Shown: piece after piece, positions 37,740 to 49,693 of the stretch
Position numbering within the stretch: position 1 is the stretch's first letter
Layout of the letters: every line of letters starts with the position of its first letter
DNA from: Felis catus
Lineage: Eukaryota
DNA: 64,000 nucleotides
Direction: 5' to 3'
Assembly (NCBI RefSeq): GCF_018350175.1
Contig: NC_058368.1
Span: 122,390,001 to 122,454,000, forward strand
The notes under the pieces: model-generated
The model's database searches: none
The model's input: the letters and a program-made list of their open reading frames with translations, nothing else
Told to the model about the DNA's origin: nothing
Position numbers and translations under genes: made by a program

Positions 37740-38435
37740 TGTTAGAAAGTAAGTTTGTTTGCTGAAACAGAAACCACAAATAACAGTGGCTTACACAAGA
37801 TGGACACGTTTTTCTTTCTCATGGAACAACACAGGCATAATAACGCAGGTGTTGCGTGGCTCCAGAGGGCTATGAACGGCATCGGCTCCAACAAGCCTGC
37901 TTCTTTCCTTACCTTCCTTTCCCTCGAGTGCCACTCTCACCCTCCTGCCTAGGGACAGCTCCCCACCACGTCCACATTGCAGCCAGAGGGAAGGGGTAAA
38001 GGAGGGAGACTGAGCCCACTCCTTTGAAGCGTGTGATCTGGCCGCTGCTGATTGCTTTGGTGTACATGCGCGAACCGAGTTACAAGGGTAACAAGTTACA
38101 ATGGGAAGTTTAGTTTGTTACCTTATGTGCCCAAGAACCTTCTAAAAATAAGTTCTGAACTGGGAGTTGCTAGAGGGGTGGAGGGTGGGGGCATGGGCTA
38201 AACAGGTGATGGGCATTAAGGAGCACACTTGGGATGAACACTGGGAGGTAAGTGATGAATGACTACCCATTCTACTCCTGAAACCTGTACTACGCTGTAT
38301 GTTAACTAACTTGAATTTAAATTAAAAAAAAAACAAAAGAAAAGAAATAGATAAAAACAAGTTCTGTTTTGTTACAAAAGAAGGGGTGAACTAGCTGTGT
38401 GCCATAGTCAGGGGACAACGAGAAGCCTGCTACAA
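37740..38435. mobile_element. MLT1-type MaLR LTR interrupted by an L1 3' fragment
   Basis: aaataacagtggcttacacaag..., cacgtccacattgcagccag, terminal ggggacaac...gcctgctaca. Confidence 0.7.
38158..38351 (+). mobile_element. Short carnivore L1 3'UTR insertion
   Basis: ggtgatgggcattaaggagcacacttgggatgaacactgg...tgtatgttaactaacttgaattt plus A tail; TSD taaaaa(t/c)aagttctg at 38143-38157 / 38352-38366. Confidence 0.9.
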
Positions 38436-38464
38436 TCTCAATTTTTGAGTCTGTGGATGGACCC

Positions 38465-38668
38465 TTTTATTTATTTTTTTAATTTATTTTTGTACTGTTT
38501 ATTTATTCTGAGAGAGAGAGTGTGTGTTCGCACGTGACGTGGAGAGAGAGAATCCCAAGTCAGTGCAGAGCGTGATGGTGCGGGACTCCATCTCCTGAAT
38601 CCTGAGATCATGACCTGAGCTGAAATCAAGAGTCAGATGCTTAACTGACTCAGCCACCCAGGTGTGCC
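38465..38668 (-). mobile_element. CanSINE (older, deleted)
   Basis: gagatcatgacctgagctgaaatcaagagtc...gccacccagg. Confidence 0.92.
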
Positions 38669-39419
38669 TGGAAGGACTCTTTTAAACAAATATCCGACTG
38701 CTCAGGATGCCCTGTTCCCAGCCACTCGCTATTAACTGACAGGTGCATCCTTACTACCTATACAAAGTGTTGCATGGAAACCCTTGTTTATACACTTAGA
38801 AAATGGTCTTCAACATTTTCCCATGCTTATTTCTGTGGCCTTGCTTTGCTTTATCAAGTAGTTAGGGTGAAAATCTAAAGACCTGTGATGTTACTTGATT
38901 TTCCCATCTCCGAAATGAAAAGACAAGTAGGCTTATATTTCAATTGTTTAGTTCACTGTGTTCCCTATGTTATGCAGGAGGCCACAGAGAATAGGAAAGA
39001 GAGGCTAGATTCACGTTTGTCACTTGGGAGGGATGTGTGTCACTTCAAGGTATTAGGATAGCACTATAATGAGAAAATACAGAGATCTCTAAATTTTCCT
39101 CACTTGAGCCGGCCTTTCTTTTCACGGGGTTCCCAAGAAATCTAGAGACCCAAAGGACTGAGGCAAATGGGAAATAAGGTACCACTTTCTAAGTACCTGC
39201 AGGGGACTCTTGTGTAAGTAAATTGGGGTAAAGTTAGGCCTAAGGAGCAAGCAGGTCCTTCTTAGCCCCCTGTAGGCCACCACCTTTTAGTTGTCCAGCC
39301 TCCAGCCCCATAAAAAGAAGAGCTGAGCATAGCCTCCCTAGGGGTGAGGCTCTGAGTCTGTTTATACACACAGTCGCAAGGCAGAAATGGATGGGCAGAT
39401 CCACCTGTGACGAGCCTGT

Positions 39420-39750
39420 CACTGCTGGACAGGAGGAAAAGAGCAGGGATCAGGACGGCCCTTGCCCTTGTGGAGCTCATGGTCTAATGGGGGAAGGCCA
39501 ACAACGAACAATGAAACAAATACATAAACCAGATAACTGGAGACAGTGTTAAAGCACCACCAAGGGAATGACTCAGTGATCCTACAGAGAGGGACCGGAT
39601 GATGGCAGAGAGACCACTTGAGATAGAGCGTGGTCAGGGTTGGCCTTTCTGAGGAGGTGACATCTGAGGTGAAGCCTGAAAGATGAGAAGAAGCCACTCA
39701 TGCAATGACATGAGAAGAATAATTCAAGCACAGGAAAACCAAGTCCAGGG
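39420..39750 (-). mobile_element. L2 relic
   Basis: cccttgcccttgtggagctcatggtctaatgggg; ggtcagggttggcctttctgaggaggtgacatctgag. Confidence 0.75.
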
Positions 39751-40679
39751 TCCAAATAATGACAAAATCAGAAGTGAATAGTTGCCTATATCCTAACATT
39801 CTGATGAGCAGGAGTTTTTTATGTAATGCAAAGGGACTGTATTTAATTGCCATATTCACTTGTTTGTTTTTAAGACACTGACTTTTGGGAGGGAAAAGTA
39901 GGACATTCTGAGCATTTAGCTTTTTGTTTTTGTTTTTATCAGTAAATCCTATAAATTCGATTTGGCTCTTTTCATAGCTCTATACTGAGCACAAGATAAA
40001 ATTTTGTTTGACTGCTATAAAGCTTCTGACCAGAAAAGAAAAACAACAAAAAGCACTGACTAATCAAAGAACATTCATGCCTACCTCATTTTTTTTCTCC
40101 TGATTTTTACATAAATAATCAAACTGGGCCAGAATGTAGGGCACTTAAATGAGCCAATTTAATTATTTTAAAAATACTGCGTCAAAGAATCCCAATCTGC
40201 GATGAAAAAGTGTTTAATATTTCCTTCAAAGTGTTTGCTGTTCCCAATGTATAGATTTGAGAAGAAAATTCGAATCAGTTTTCCCAAATAATATTTCAAG
40301 ATTTCTCCTGCTGAAGTGTTTTGGTTCACTCTGAAGGTAATGAAGGACTCAGATGTTACCTGAGATCCTGTCCACTGAAATAAGCTGTTCTTGCTGGAAT
40401 TCGTCCTGACACTTTGTATTTCATGTTGCTCCATATGATGGTGATCTTGAGAGAATCATTCTATTAGTTTTTTATGTTGATCTTTGTTTTGTGAAGACAA
40501 AGTACAAGGTTTATAGTGCTGTTGAATAGCATAAAACCTGCTTATCTCATTCCTGTTACCTTCTGCAAAGTAGATCTCAAATTGTACTATTTTTTTGTTT
40601 TGTTTTGTGGCCCACCTTTTATATTTGATGCAAATCTAAGCCCTAACTTCTTTTTTTGTTTTAAAATATGCACAATAAT

Positions 40680-40905
40680 GGAGCACCTGGGTGGCTCAGT
40701 CAGTTAAGCATCCGACTTCGACTTCCACTCAGGTTATGATCTCACTGTTCATGGGTTCGAGCCCCATATTGGGCTCTGTGCTGACAGTTCAGAGCCTGGA
40801 GCCTGCTTTGGATTCTGTGTCTCCTTCCCTCTCTGCCCCTCCCCAGCTCAAGCTCTGTCTCTGTCTCTCTCAAAAATCAGTAAACATCAAAAAAATTATT
40901 TAAAA
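40680..40905 (+). mobile_element. CanSINE
   Basis: TSD aaaatatg(c/t)ac; internal gacttc duplication. Confidence 0.95.
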
Positions 40906-41059
40906 TAAAATATGTACCATTTTAACTATTTTTAAATGTATAGTTAGTAACATTAAGTATATTCACATTTTTGGGCAACCATCACCATCAGCTATCTGGA
41001 GAATTTTTTCATCTCCACAAACTGAAATCTGGTAGCCATTAAACAGTAACACCCTTTCT

Positions 41060-41283
41060 TTTTTTTTTTTAATTTTTTTTTTCAACGTTTATTTATTTTT
41101 GGGACAGAGAGAGACAGCATGAACGGGGGAGGGGCAGAGAGAGAGGGAGACACAGAATCGGAAACAGGCTCCAGGCTCTGAGCCATCAGCCCGGAGCCTG
41201 ACGCGGGGCTCGAACTCACGGACCGCGAGATCGTGACCTGGTTGAAGTCGGACGCTTAACCGACTGCGCCACCCAGGCGCCCC
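41060..41283 (-). mobile_element. Young felid CanSINE (antisense in intron 2)
   Basis: Perfect TSD aacaccctttct (41048-41059 / 41284-41295); CpGs retained. Confidence 0.97.
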
Positions 41284-42054
41284 AACACCCTTTCTCCTCT
41301 ACCCTGATCCCCCAGCACCCCAGTCCTTGGCAGCCATCATTCTACTTTATGTCTCTAAGAATTTGACTATTCTAGGTACCTTACATAAGTGGGACCATGT
41401 AAGATTTGTCCTTTTGTGTCTGGCTTATTTCACTTAGCATCATGTTTTCAAGGTTTATCCATATTCCAGCATTTATCAGAATTCCATTCCTTTTGAAGGC
41501 TGAATAATATTCCATGGCATGTATATATCACATTTTGTTCATTTTTGTTTTGTCAATGGACATTTGCTTTTTTCTGCCTTTGACTGTTGTAACTGACACT
41601 GCTATTTACATAGGTGTACAAATATCTATCTGAGCCTCTGTTTTCAATTCTTCCAGGTATGTACTTAGCAGTGGAATTGCTGGGTCATATGGTAATTCTT
41701 TAATTTTAGAGGAAGCACTACATTGGCGTCCACCTAATTATGTTTTGCATTTTGTGAGAGGAGGCCACCTGGCATAGTAGGAGAAAGCATGGGCTCCACT
41801 GGTGGAAGGACATGTACACGGTTTAAATCTCAGCAGTGCCACAGACTAGCATTCTAGGTGTTTCTATGAGAAAACTCAAAGGAGATGTGGTCTGATTGCC
41901 CATCATCAAACACAAGAGTCAGTTTGACTAATTATAAAGTGTTCTAAGGGGACTTGAAATACCATGGAGAAAAGTCCCCAAACCTAAATAATTATTAGTG
42001 AATTCATGTGGGGGAAAAAAAACCAAACCCTTCTATTCTTCAAGTTAATGAACC

Positions 42055-42210
42055 CCTGGAAACCTCAGTTTCTTCATATGTAAAATGTAAGTAATGATTG
42101 GGGATCCTTCATTGGGGTCATTGTCAGGTTACAATTAAATAATGCAAGTAAAACACTTAGTGAGGTGTCTCATATAAAGTAAGCACCTGATTGATGCTAG
42201 TTATACTATT
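42055..42210 (+). mobile_element. MIR
   Basis: cctcagtttcttcatatgtaaaatg...aataatgcaagtaaaacacttag. Confidence 0.7.
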
Positions 42211-43675
42211 ATATATTAGCACAGAGGCACTTAGCATGAGCTCTTTACGGTACTTCCGCTTCTGAAAGAACCAAAATTGATTAAATGCAGCTCTGTGTAG
42301 ATGCCATAGTGAATACGACCTATTCATAATTTTGTCAATGCAGTTGGACTGACATAATGGCAGATTTTACGGATATTGTGAAAACCTATATAAAAGTCCT
42401 TTAAAAAGAAGCCAAGTTACTGACTTCACAAAAAAACATAATCTCCTCTGGTTTCTCTTTCATCCCTCCCCTGGGGTGATTGTCTTTTCATTTAAGGCAA
42501 AATCAAAAACTCAATCGGCTGAAAAATCAATTACTTTTTCTGATTTAAACCCAAAGTTACTTAAGTAATCCCATTTGATCAACAGACACAGTGGCAAATG
42601 TCCCCCTTCCCCCCCCCCCCCAACTACCATATGGAAACTCTGAGAAATAATTAACGATACAAAAAGACATGGTAACTTTTCTGAAAGTTAAGAAGAAGTT
42701 TGCAAGTGATACTTTTTAATGTTTATAACCTCTTTTTCTTTAAATCTGTTTTGTTTCCTCTGTGTGAATACAGTTTTGATTTGTTTCAGGTTTTGTTTCT
42801 TGGGGTTTTTTTGCTTATTTATTTTATTAAAAATACTAACATTTAAAAAGTCCGGTCGTTGAGGTTTTCAAGGTGATTTAGAAAAAGGAACTCTTTAACA
42901 ACAGAAGAAAGTAGACTGGTTTCTAATCAGAGTCTAGGCAACAGGAGAGGGTCTTGCAATCATTGTAAGTAGTATGTGTTTCTAAGCATGTACAAAGAAT
43001 GCAGAGGTGATGAAATTGGTTAGTGAAGCTGGGAGACCACTTTCTTCTGCAGTGCTGTAACTAAGAAAAGTTGGCTTTAGATTAAAAGCTGCTACAAAGA
43101 GTTCATCAGTGCCCTGAGTTTGCAGGGAAAGCCAAATTATTGCATTCTTCTTGGGACTTGCTGAAAACTCAGTGTTCTACTTTCGGTTGGCAACACTGGT
43201 CTCCTAGGATATGTGACTGGTTCCGGTTTTCCTACATCTTCTTTGGTGGCAGAGGCAGTGGGTCCTTCAAAATGTTGGGCCAAAAAAATTGACCACAGAT
43301 TTGCAATCCAAAAGAAATGGGAGGCTACTGAATTGATTCCAGCAAGAAGGACTATGAAAATCTCCTTTGTTATTGTAATGTCTATGCATTGCGTTCTGTG
43401 CCCAATTGGATAGGCAAATGAATTTCAGACTTCCCCCTCTCAAACGTGGGTGTTGTCTTACATTATTTACTATTTTGTATCAAAATGACTGGGAAAGTAG
43501 AAGGAAAATTTCTCTAGTGAGAATTGGCTTCTTAAAAACATAAAGGCATCTTGGACAGTCTACCCTTTAGTTAAAGCATTTGTCATAAATAACCTCGGCT
43601 CCAACAGTTTGTAAGAACAGGCACTTATGAGGGCTTTATTTCCCCCATTCCAAGACATTGGAAGAGTCAGGGACA

Positions 43676-43870
43676 GGGGAGCCTGGGTGGCTCACTGGCT
43701 TAAGCATCTGACTCTTGATTTCAGCTTCGGTCATGATCTCACAGTTCTTGAGTTCAAGACCAGCGTTGGGCTCCGAGCTGACAGTGCGGAGCCTGCTTGA
43801 GATTCTTTCTCTCTGCCACCCCCCCTCCTTCTCCCTCTCTAAAAATAAATAAATAAACTTAAAAAAAAAA
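43676..43870 (+). mobile_element. CanSINE
   Basis: TSD aagagt(c/a)aggga. Confidence 0.95.
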
Positions 43871-44009
43871 GAGTAAGGGAGAAATTAGCCAAGAAAAAAG
43901 ACCTCCGAGATGGAGCTAGTGCTTCCAATTTGCATGTTTACTGAGTGGTGAGTTATGAATACATGTTTGAGAGGACCCACTCAAACAAATGTAGCCAAGT
44001 TACATCAGG

Positions 44010-44185
44010 CCTTCAGAGATTCACAATGCTTATGGGCATGTTAAAGACTCTGAAAAGTCCTACAATAATGAAATCTCAGTATTATTATATTTTTTAAACT
44101 TAATTCAAAATGAAATTATTTTGTAGAAAATCTTTTAATGTGTTGTGACACATAATATTCTGTGGATGTCAATTTGGGAAATGAA
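44010..44185. mobile_element. Charlie4z-like hAT relic
   Basis: gattcacaatgc...ttaaagactctgaaaagtcct...tttgggaaatg. Confidence 0.55.
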
Positions 44186-44472
44186 AGGTCATGATCCTAT
44201 CTACTCTTTTGTCTTTTGGAAACATGATTTCTGGCCATTGATTTCCTCCCTTGGTTTAATGGCAGCAGACGATGATATGTGAAATCTCTATGGCTGAAGA
44301 GTGATTATGTTCTGTAAAGTTTACTCACCCTGAGTTCTTCATGTAACACAATTCAGGTTTACTCAGGTCAATGAGTTAAACATGAGGTAGCTCTGTTTAG
44401 CTCTGGGATGGTGGATGTTTCTGGTCCAAGTAGGAATGAGATTTGGAGATAGTTCATTTCTTCTTTATTGCT

Positions 44473-44687
44473 TTTTTTTTTTTTTACATTTATATTTGAG
44501 AGAGAGAGAGTGAGTGCGCGCACAAGTGGAGAAGGAGCAGAGAGAGAGGGAGACGCATAATCTGAAGCAGGCTCCAGGCTCTGAGCTGTCAGCACAGAGC
44601 CCGACGCGGGGCTCGAACTCACAAACCGTGAGATCATGACCTGAGCCGATGTCAGACGCCTAACTGACAGAGCCACCCAGGCGCCCC
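44473..44687 (-). mobile_element. CanSINE
   Basis: Full reverse-complement SINE. Confidence 0.96.
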
Positions 44688-45374
44688 TGTTCCTCTTTTG
44701 AAGTAAAGAATATTTTAGCTCAAAGTGTCTTATGAATATATTGTGGTGAAGGAATTACTTAGTATTAAGCAACACTCAAAGTAGACTAACTTTTTACGTT
44801 ATCCAAAGTTATAGACATTTTTAGTTTTCTTCTTGCATCTATCTGGGTTTGAAAACTAAATCTATAAGCTGGCTTCAGTGTTCAGACCATGTGAACTCCA
44901 AGCCTAATGTCTTTTTTTTTTTTTTTTTCCAAGCCTAATGTCTTTAATGACCAAGGCAGTGAAGGAGCATCCGGCATCTGCTGTATGGCCTGGCAGATGC
45001 CTATTCAATTAAAGTAACCAGTGGTAGTCATCAATTCACCAGTTCAGGTTCTATGAATTATATAGGGGTTTCAACCACACATGGCTATGTGACCAGTCAT
45101 GGAAATTTCATCTGGAAACGGACACAAAAAAGCCAATAATTTAATGATATTCTTGTTACATTAGGACAGGGAGCCCTGTTTCTATGGTGGAAAAACTGAA
45201 AAAATGTATGGTGACAGATTTTGAATTCAATAGACCAGCACATGCTTTATTTTCTTCCTCTTACACTATTTCTTCTTTCCTTTCTGGAGTCCTCTTTACA
45301 GTAGAATAAGTCATGTGAACCTTGTTTTATGCTTGAGTAGCCCGTATTTTTTATTTCTGAGAATTACTTCACGT

Positions 45375-45706
45375 AGGGGTTGGCATACTTTTTGTGTGAT
45401 GGGCCAAATGGTAAATATTTTACACTTTGCAGTTCAGACAGTCTCTGTCATAACTACTCAACTCTGCCATTGTAACATGAAAGTAGCCACAGATAATGAG
45501 AAAACAAATGAAGGTGGCTCCCTTCCAGTAAAATTTCATTTATGGGCCCTGTAATTTGAATGTCACATGATTTTCACTTGTCACAAAATATTCTTTTTAT
45601 TTCTTTTCTAAGCATTTAAAAATACAAAAGGCATTCTTAGCTTATGAGCCATGTAAATAGATGGTGGGTTGGATTAGGCCTGCAGGCCATATTGTGCTAA
45701 CCCCTA
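45375..45706. mobile_element. MER58B-like hAT-Charlie MITE
   Basis: TIRs taggggttggca ... tgctaaccccta; internal aactactcaactctgccattgta. Confidence 0.85.
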
Positions 45707-46677
45707 ATCCAAAGCATCTGGCAGACATATATTCATATATGCTGGGGATCCCCCAGTATCCACCTACAGCCCTCTAGCCTTAAGCTGAGAGGCCAGGCAA
45801 GGATATTGATATCTGTTCTCTGTTGATGCTTAAAGCCATTCTTCACCATCTCTCTTCTGGTTGGTCATCGTGCGCCAATGGAAATACTTGGGCCAATAAA
45901 GCTACTGTTTCAGTGGATAAAATATATTACTCTTATAATATACATTATCTGATAGCCATACAGACTGGGTTCAAATAAATGGGTACCAGTCTGTGATTCA
46001 TCTGAAATAACACTAAGTAGAATTTATTTTCTACTAGGGACATTTATTCAACTAGGGGGCATCTAACAACTGATCACCCCCATTCTACCCCACTGTTCTA
46101 CTTTCCAATTTGTTCTAAGGAAATAGCCAACATATTTTTGACTTCTGAGCATATTCGTGAATTGGGGTTCAGGCAGCAGGAAAAGAAGCTGTTGGTGCCC
46201 ATTGCTTGGTTTTGGCACCAGTAATGGGTGTCAGTAAATCCCAGACTCCCTGGGGCACAGAGTTTCATAAAAAGGAAGTACTGACTATGCAAACAGATGC
46301 CATCAATTGGCCTTGGAGGCTGCTCCTCTGGAGAAAGTTCAAATATATCCTTAAAGAACCTGCCAAGCTCCACATGTATTAGTGGCAACCATTTGCTGCC
46401 AACCATTTGGGATGATAAAGGGCTAGTGAGCCCGCTAAGTAACTTTTCATCAGGGGATCACAAGTGATATGTTCTAGAGCTGTCCTTCAACTTTAACTAG
46501 TTTCAACTAGTTTCATGGTGTCAGAGAATTACAGGCTAACCCAGTGACTCCCAGACACCCTCTGTGGACAAATGCCAACCTATGGCAGTGCTTTTCTTTA
46601 TCTGTGGTAAAAGGAGAAAAATGGGGGCCGTGTAGTAAACTTCTCATAAAGCGAATACTATTAAAAATCTCAGTTCT

Positions 46678-47108
46678 GGGGTGCCTGGGTGGCTCAGTCA
46701 GTTGAGTGTCAGACTCTTTAAAAAATTTTTTTATTTATTTTTAAGAGACAGAGCATGAGCAGGGTGGGGGGGGGGGGCAGAGAGAGAGAGAGAATCTGAA
46801 GCAGGCTCCAGTCCCTGAGCTACCAGCACAAAGCCCAACGTGGAGCTTAAACTCGCAAGCTATGAGATCGTGACCTGAGCCGAAGTCAGGTGCCACCCAG
46901 GCTGAGCCACCCAGGTGCCCAAGTGTCAGATTCTTGATTTCAGCTCAGGTTGTGATCCCAGAGTTGTGGGATCCAGCCCCGCAGTGGGATCCAGCCCCGC
47001 AGTGGGCTCCGTGCTGAGGGTGGAGCCTGCTTAAGATTCTTTCTCTCTCTCCCCACCTCTGCCCCATTCATATGCTCACACGCTACATGTCTCTCTCAAA
47101 TTAAAAAA
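46678..47108 (+). mobile_element. CanSINE containing an antisense CanSINE (46719-46920)
   Basis: Inner TSD agtgtcaga(c/t)tctt at 46705-46718 / 46922-46935; the outer SINE resumes after it. Confidence 0.95.
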
Positions 47109-47189
47109 AATCCAGTTATAAGATTACATTCTTTCTTGTGTGTGTTTAGTATTTAAGGATTTTAGAAACAGAACTTTTTTCACAGTGAG

Positions 47190-47375
47190 ACTCTTTTCAC
47201 AAGTCACACTGAAATGACTTGCCTCTCCATCCTGTGTTCTTATCTGTAAATGGGGGCTAATAAATTATATCTGCCTCATACAATTTTTGTGGGAATAAAA
47301 AGAGATTATCCATAAAGAGTATTTGGCATAATGCCTGCCACGTAGTAGTCGTTCAATAAATCTTATTAATACCAT
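47190..47375 (+). mobile_element. MIR
   Basis: ttatctgtaaatgggg...tggcataatgcctgccacgtagtag...tcaataaat. Confidence 0.7.
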
Positions 47376-47857
47376 TATCATAATCACGAGGTTTTAAATG
47401 TTCTTACGTGGCAAATAAATAAATAAAAGCTACCCAGTGTTGGTTTTCTTTTCTCCTCTAATGTCTTTTTAGGGTGATGGGATTTTCTGTGAAATTCAAA
47501 TGTATAATTATAATTGTCAGTAAGTTCTATGTAGATAACTTACATGGCTAAAATGAAAAAATAAAAACCAAATAACCTATTTTAATTAGGACAAGGATTT
47601 TTCAGTGAAAGATAAGGACACCTGGGCCAGCAGAGTGGGAACGTAGATGGAAAGCTGCGAATTTATTCAACATTTATTTTCCATATAAAATAATTGAGAC
47701 TCACTGATGGTTTGAATGTGGAATAAGAGGGAAGAACAAAATAACGAATTCTAGGTATTCATGTAAGTAGGCAGGAAGATGGCTAGGACACTGCTGAAAT
47801 GAAGGTAGGGCACTGAGCCATTGGGACATGCTTAGGCATAGTCAGGAGTTCTTGTTT

Positions 47858-48080
47858 GGGGATGTTTGGGTGGCTCAGTCGGTTAAGTGTCTGACTCATG
47901 CTTTCAGCTCAGGTCACGATCTAAAGTTCATGAGATTGAGCCCCGTGTTGAGCTGGGCTCTGCGCTGACAGCACGGAGCCTGCTTGGGATTCTCTCTCCC
48001 TCTCTCCGTGCCCCTCCCCTGCTCGCTCTCTCTCTCTCTCTCTCTCCCCCTCTCTTTCAAAAATAAATTAATAAACACTT
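47858..48080 (+). mobile_element. CanSINE
   Basis: Head, CT tract, aataaa tail. Confidence 0.94.
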
Positions 48081-48393
48081 TTAGGGGGGAAAAAAGCTCT
48101 TGTCTGTGTGCATAAAGTGACAGGAGACTAAATGGTGATGTTAGGTAGGACACTGGGACTGAGCAGTCAGAGGTGAGTGGGAAAGTCTGGCCTAGCGATC
48201 TCAAGATGTGGTTCCTAGTTCTCTGGGGACTGATGAGTCTGGACTGGGAGAGGGTGGAAAGAAAAGAAGAGAGGAATCCCATTACTGAGAGTCAGGCAGA
48301 GGAAAGCTATCCAGCTAAGAAAAATGAGAAGCAGGAGCTAGTGAGGAATGAAAAACCATTTGTTCTGAAATTTAAGACAGAAGAGTAATTCCT

Positions 48394-48582
48394 GGCACCT
48401 GGGTGGCTCAGTTGGTTAAGGATCCGACTTCAGTCCAGGTCAGGATCTCATGGTCCATGAGTTTGAGCCCCGCATTGGGCTCTGTGCTGACAACTCAGAG
48501 CCTGGAGCCTGCTTCGGATTCTGTGTCTCCCTCTCTCTCTCTATCTATCTCAAAACTAGGCATTAAAGAAAAAAAAATTTAA
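48394..48582 (+). mobile_element. CanSINE (within an L2-like relic ~47600-48900)
   Basis: TSD-like taaga(c/g)agaag. Confidence 0.93.
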
Positions 48583-49587
48583 ATAAGAGAGAAGCGTGTT
48601 TCAAGAAGGAGTACTCACTTCTGTTGAATGGTCTGGTGAATGTGGGGTTGAGGAAAGTAAGAAATACCTGTGGTATCAGGCAACCAGGAGGAGACTGGGG
48701 ACACAGGCAACAGCTGTTTGGTAGGGACAGGCAGGCAGTAGGCAGACTCTGGGGAGCTGGGGTGTATGAGAGGTGAGGATATAGACAAAGAAAGTGTCAT
48801 CAAGTCTTTCAACAAGTTTGTCTAAAGAGGAGCAGAGCAATGAGCCAATAGCTGAAGCAGGATACGATGTTAAGGCAGAAATATTTTTTTAAGAGGAGAT
48901 ACTAGACTGAGGCTCCAAGTCTAAGCTGTCTACCAGTATAAGGGGAAGAAACTAGGAGATCATGTGAGCAGTTACCAGGGCTGGCTGCATCCAAGTGGCA
49001 CACTTGGGCTCTAATGCCCTGCAGTTGCCGTCTCTAAACTCTTACTAACTCTATCTCTGAATTTGTATTTGTGAGGTCTGATGGGACAATGGATCATACC
49101 GTGGGGATTTGGAGACTTGGCTCACATGCTGCTCCCTCCCTAGGAAGTGCTCTAGGTCGGTGGATCCCCATGCTGCCCTCATCCCTGCCACCCTCCATCT
49201 ATGACAGAAGTCTGGGTGTTGATGAGGACATGGTGGGGGTGAGCACCTCCGTGACATACCCAGATGGGGCATGGTGGTGGCCGTCATTGTCCCAGGCTGG
49301 TGGTTTTTCTGGGAGGTGGCCAGCCTGAAACTCTCTCCTGGACTCTCACTCATCCCATCCTCCCATCCAGATACTGAGTGTGTCATAGAGTTCGTTGTGG
49401 AAGCAAGTGATGCGAAACGCGCTCAGCAACCAGTGACATTCTCGTTAGGAGCAATAGTGGAGACCAGCAACCATAATGCACTTTATCACTGGATCAGGGT
49501 GCAGTTTACCCAAGGCTGCACTGAGGCACAGGATGATTAAACCACTATCCTGAAATCAGATAGCCACGTGGCTAGATCCTGAATCTT

Positions 49588-49693
49588 TTTTTTTTTTTTT
49601 TCAGTATGCTCTAGGCCCAGTGTGGGGCTTGAACTCACAACCCCGAGATCAAGAGTCACATGCTGTACTGATTGAGCCAACCAGGAGGAGCCC
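49588..49693 (-). mobile_element. Short tRNA-Lys-like carnivore SINE lacking the CT tract
   Basis: Reverse complement ...tggctcaatcagtacagcatgtgactcttgatctcggggttgtgagttcaagccccacactggg...A(n); TSD ctagat(c/t)ctgaatctt. Confidence 0.85.

Larger units (their letters stand above)
40640..41730 (-). mobile_element. L1MB-type 3' fragment (antisense), interrupted by two SINEs
   Basis: ggcttatttcacttagcatcatgttttcaagg, ggctgaataatattcca, gtggaattgctgggtcatatggtaattc. Confidence 0.88.

Noticed and set aside
40168..40434. 88-aa minus-strand ORF (MEQHEIQSV...) in intron 2
   Set aside because: No recognisable family and no convincing exon structure; length is compatible with chance. A tblastn/PhyloCSF check would settle it.
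49051..49540. Overlapping 85-111 aa ORFs
   Set aside because: No similarity to STK32A kinase exons or any protein I recognise.
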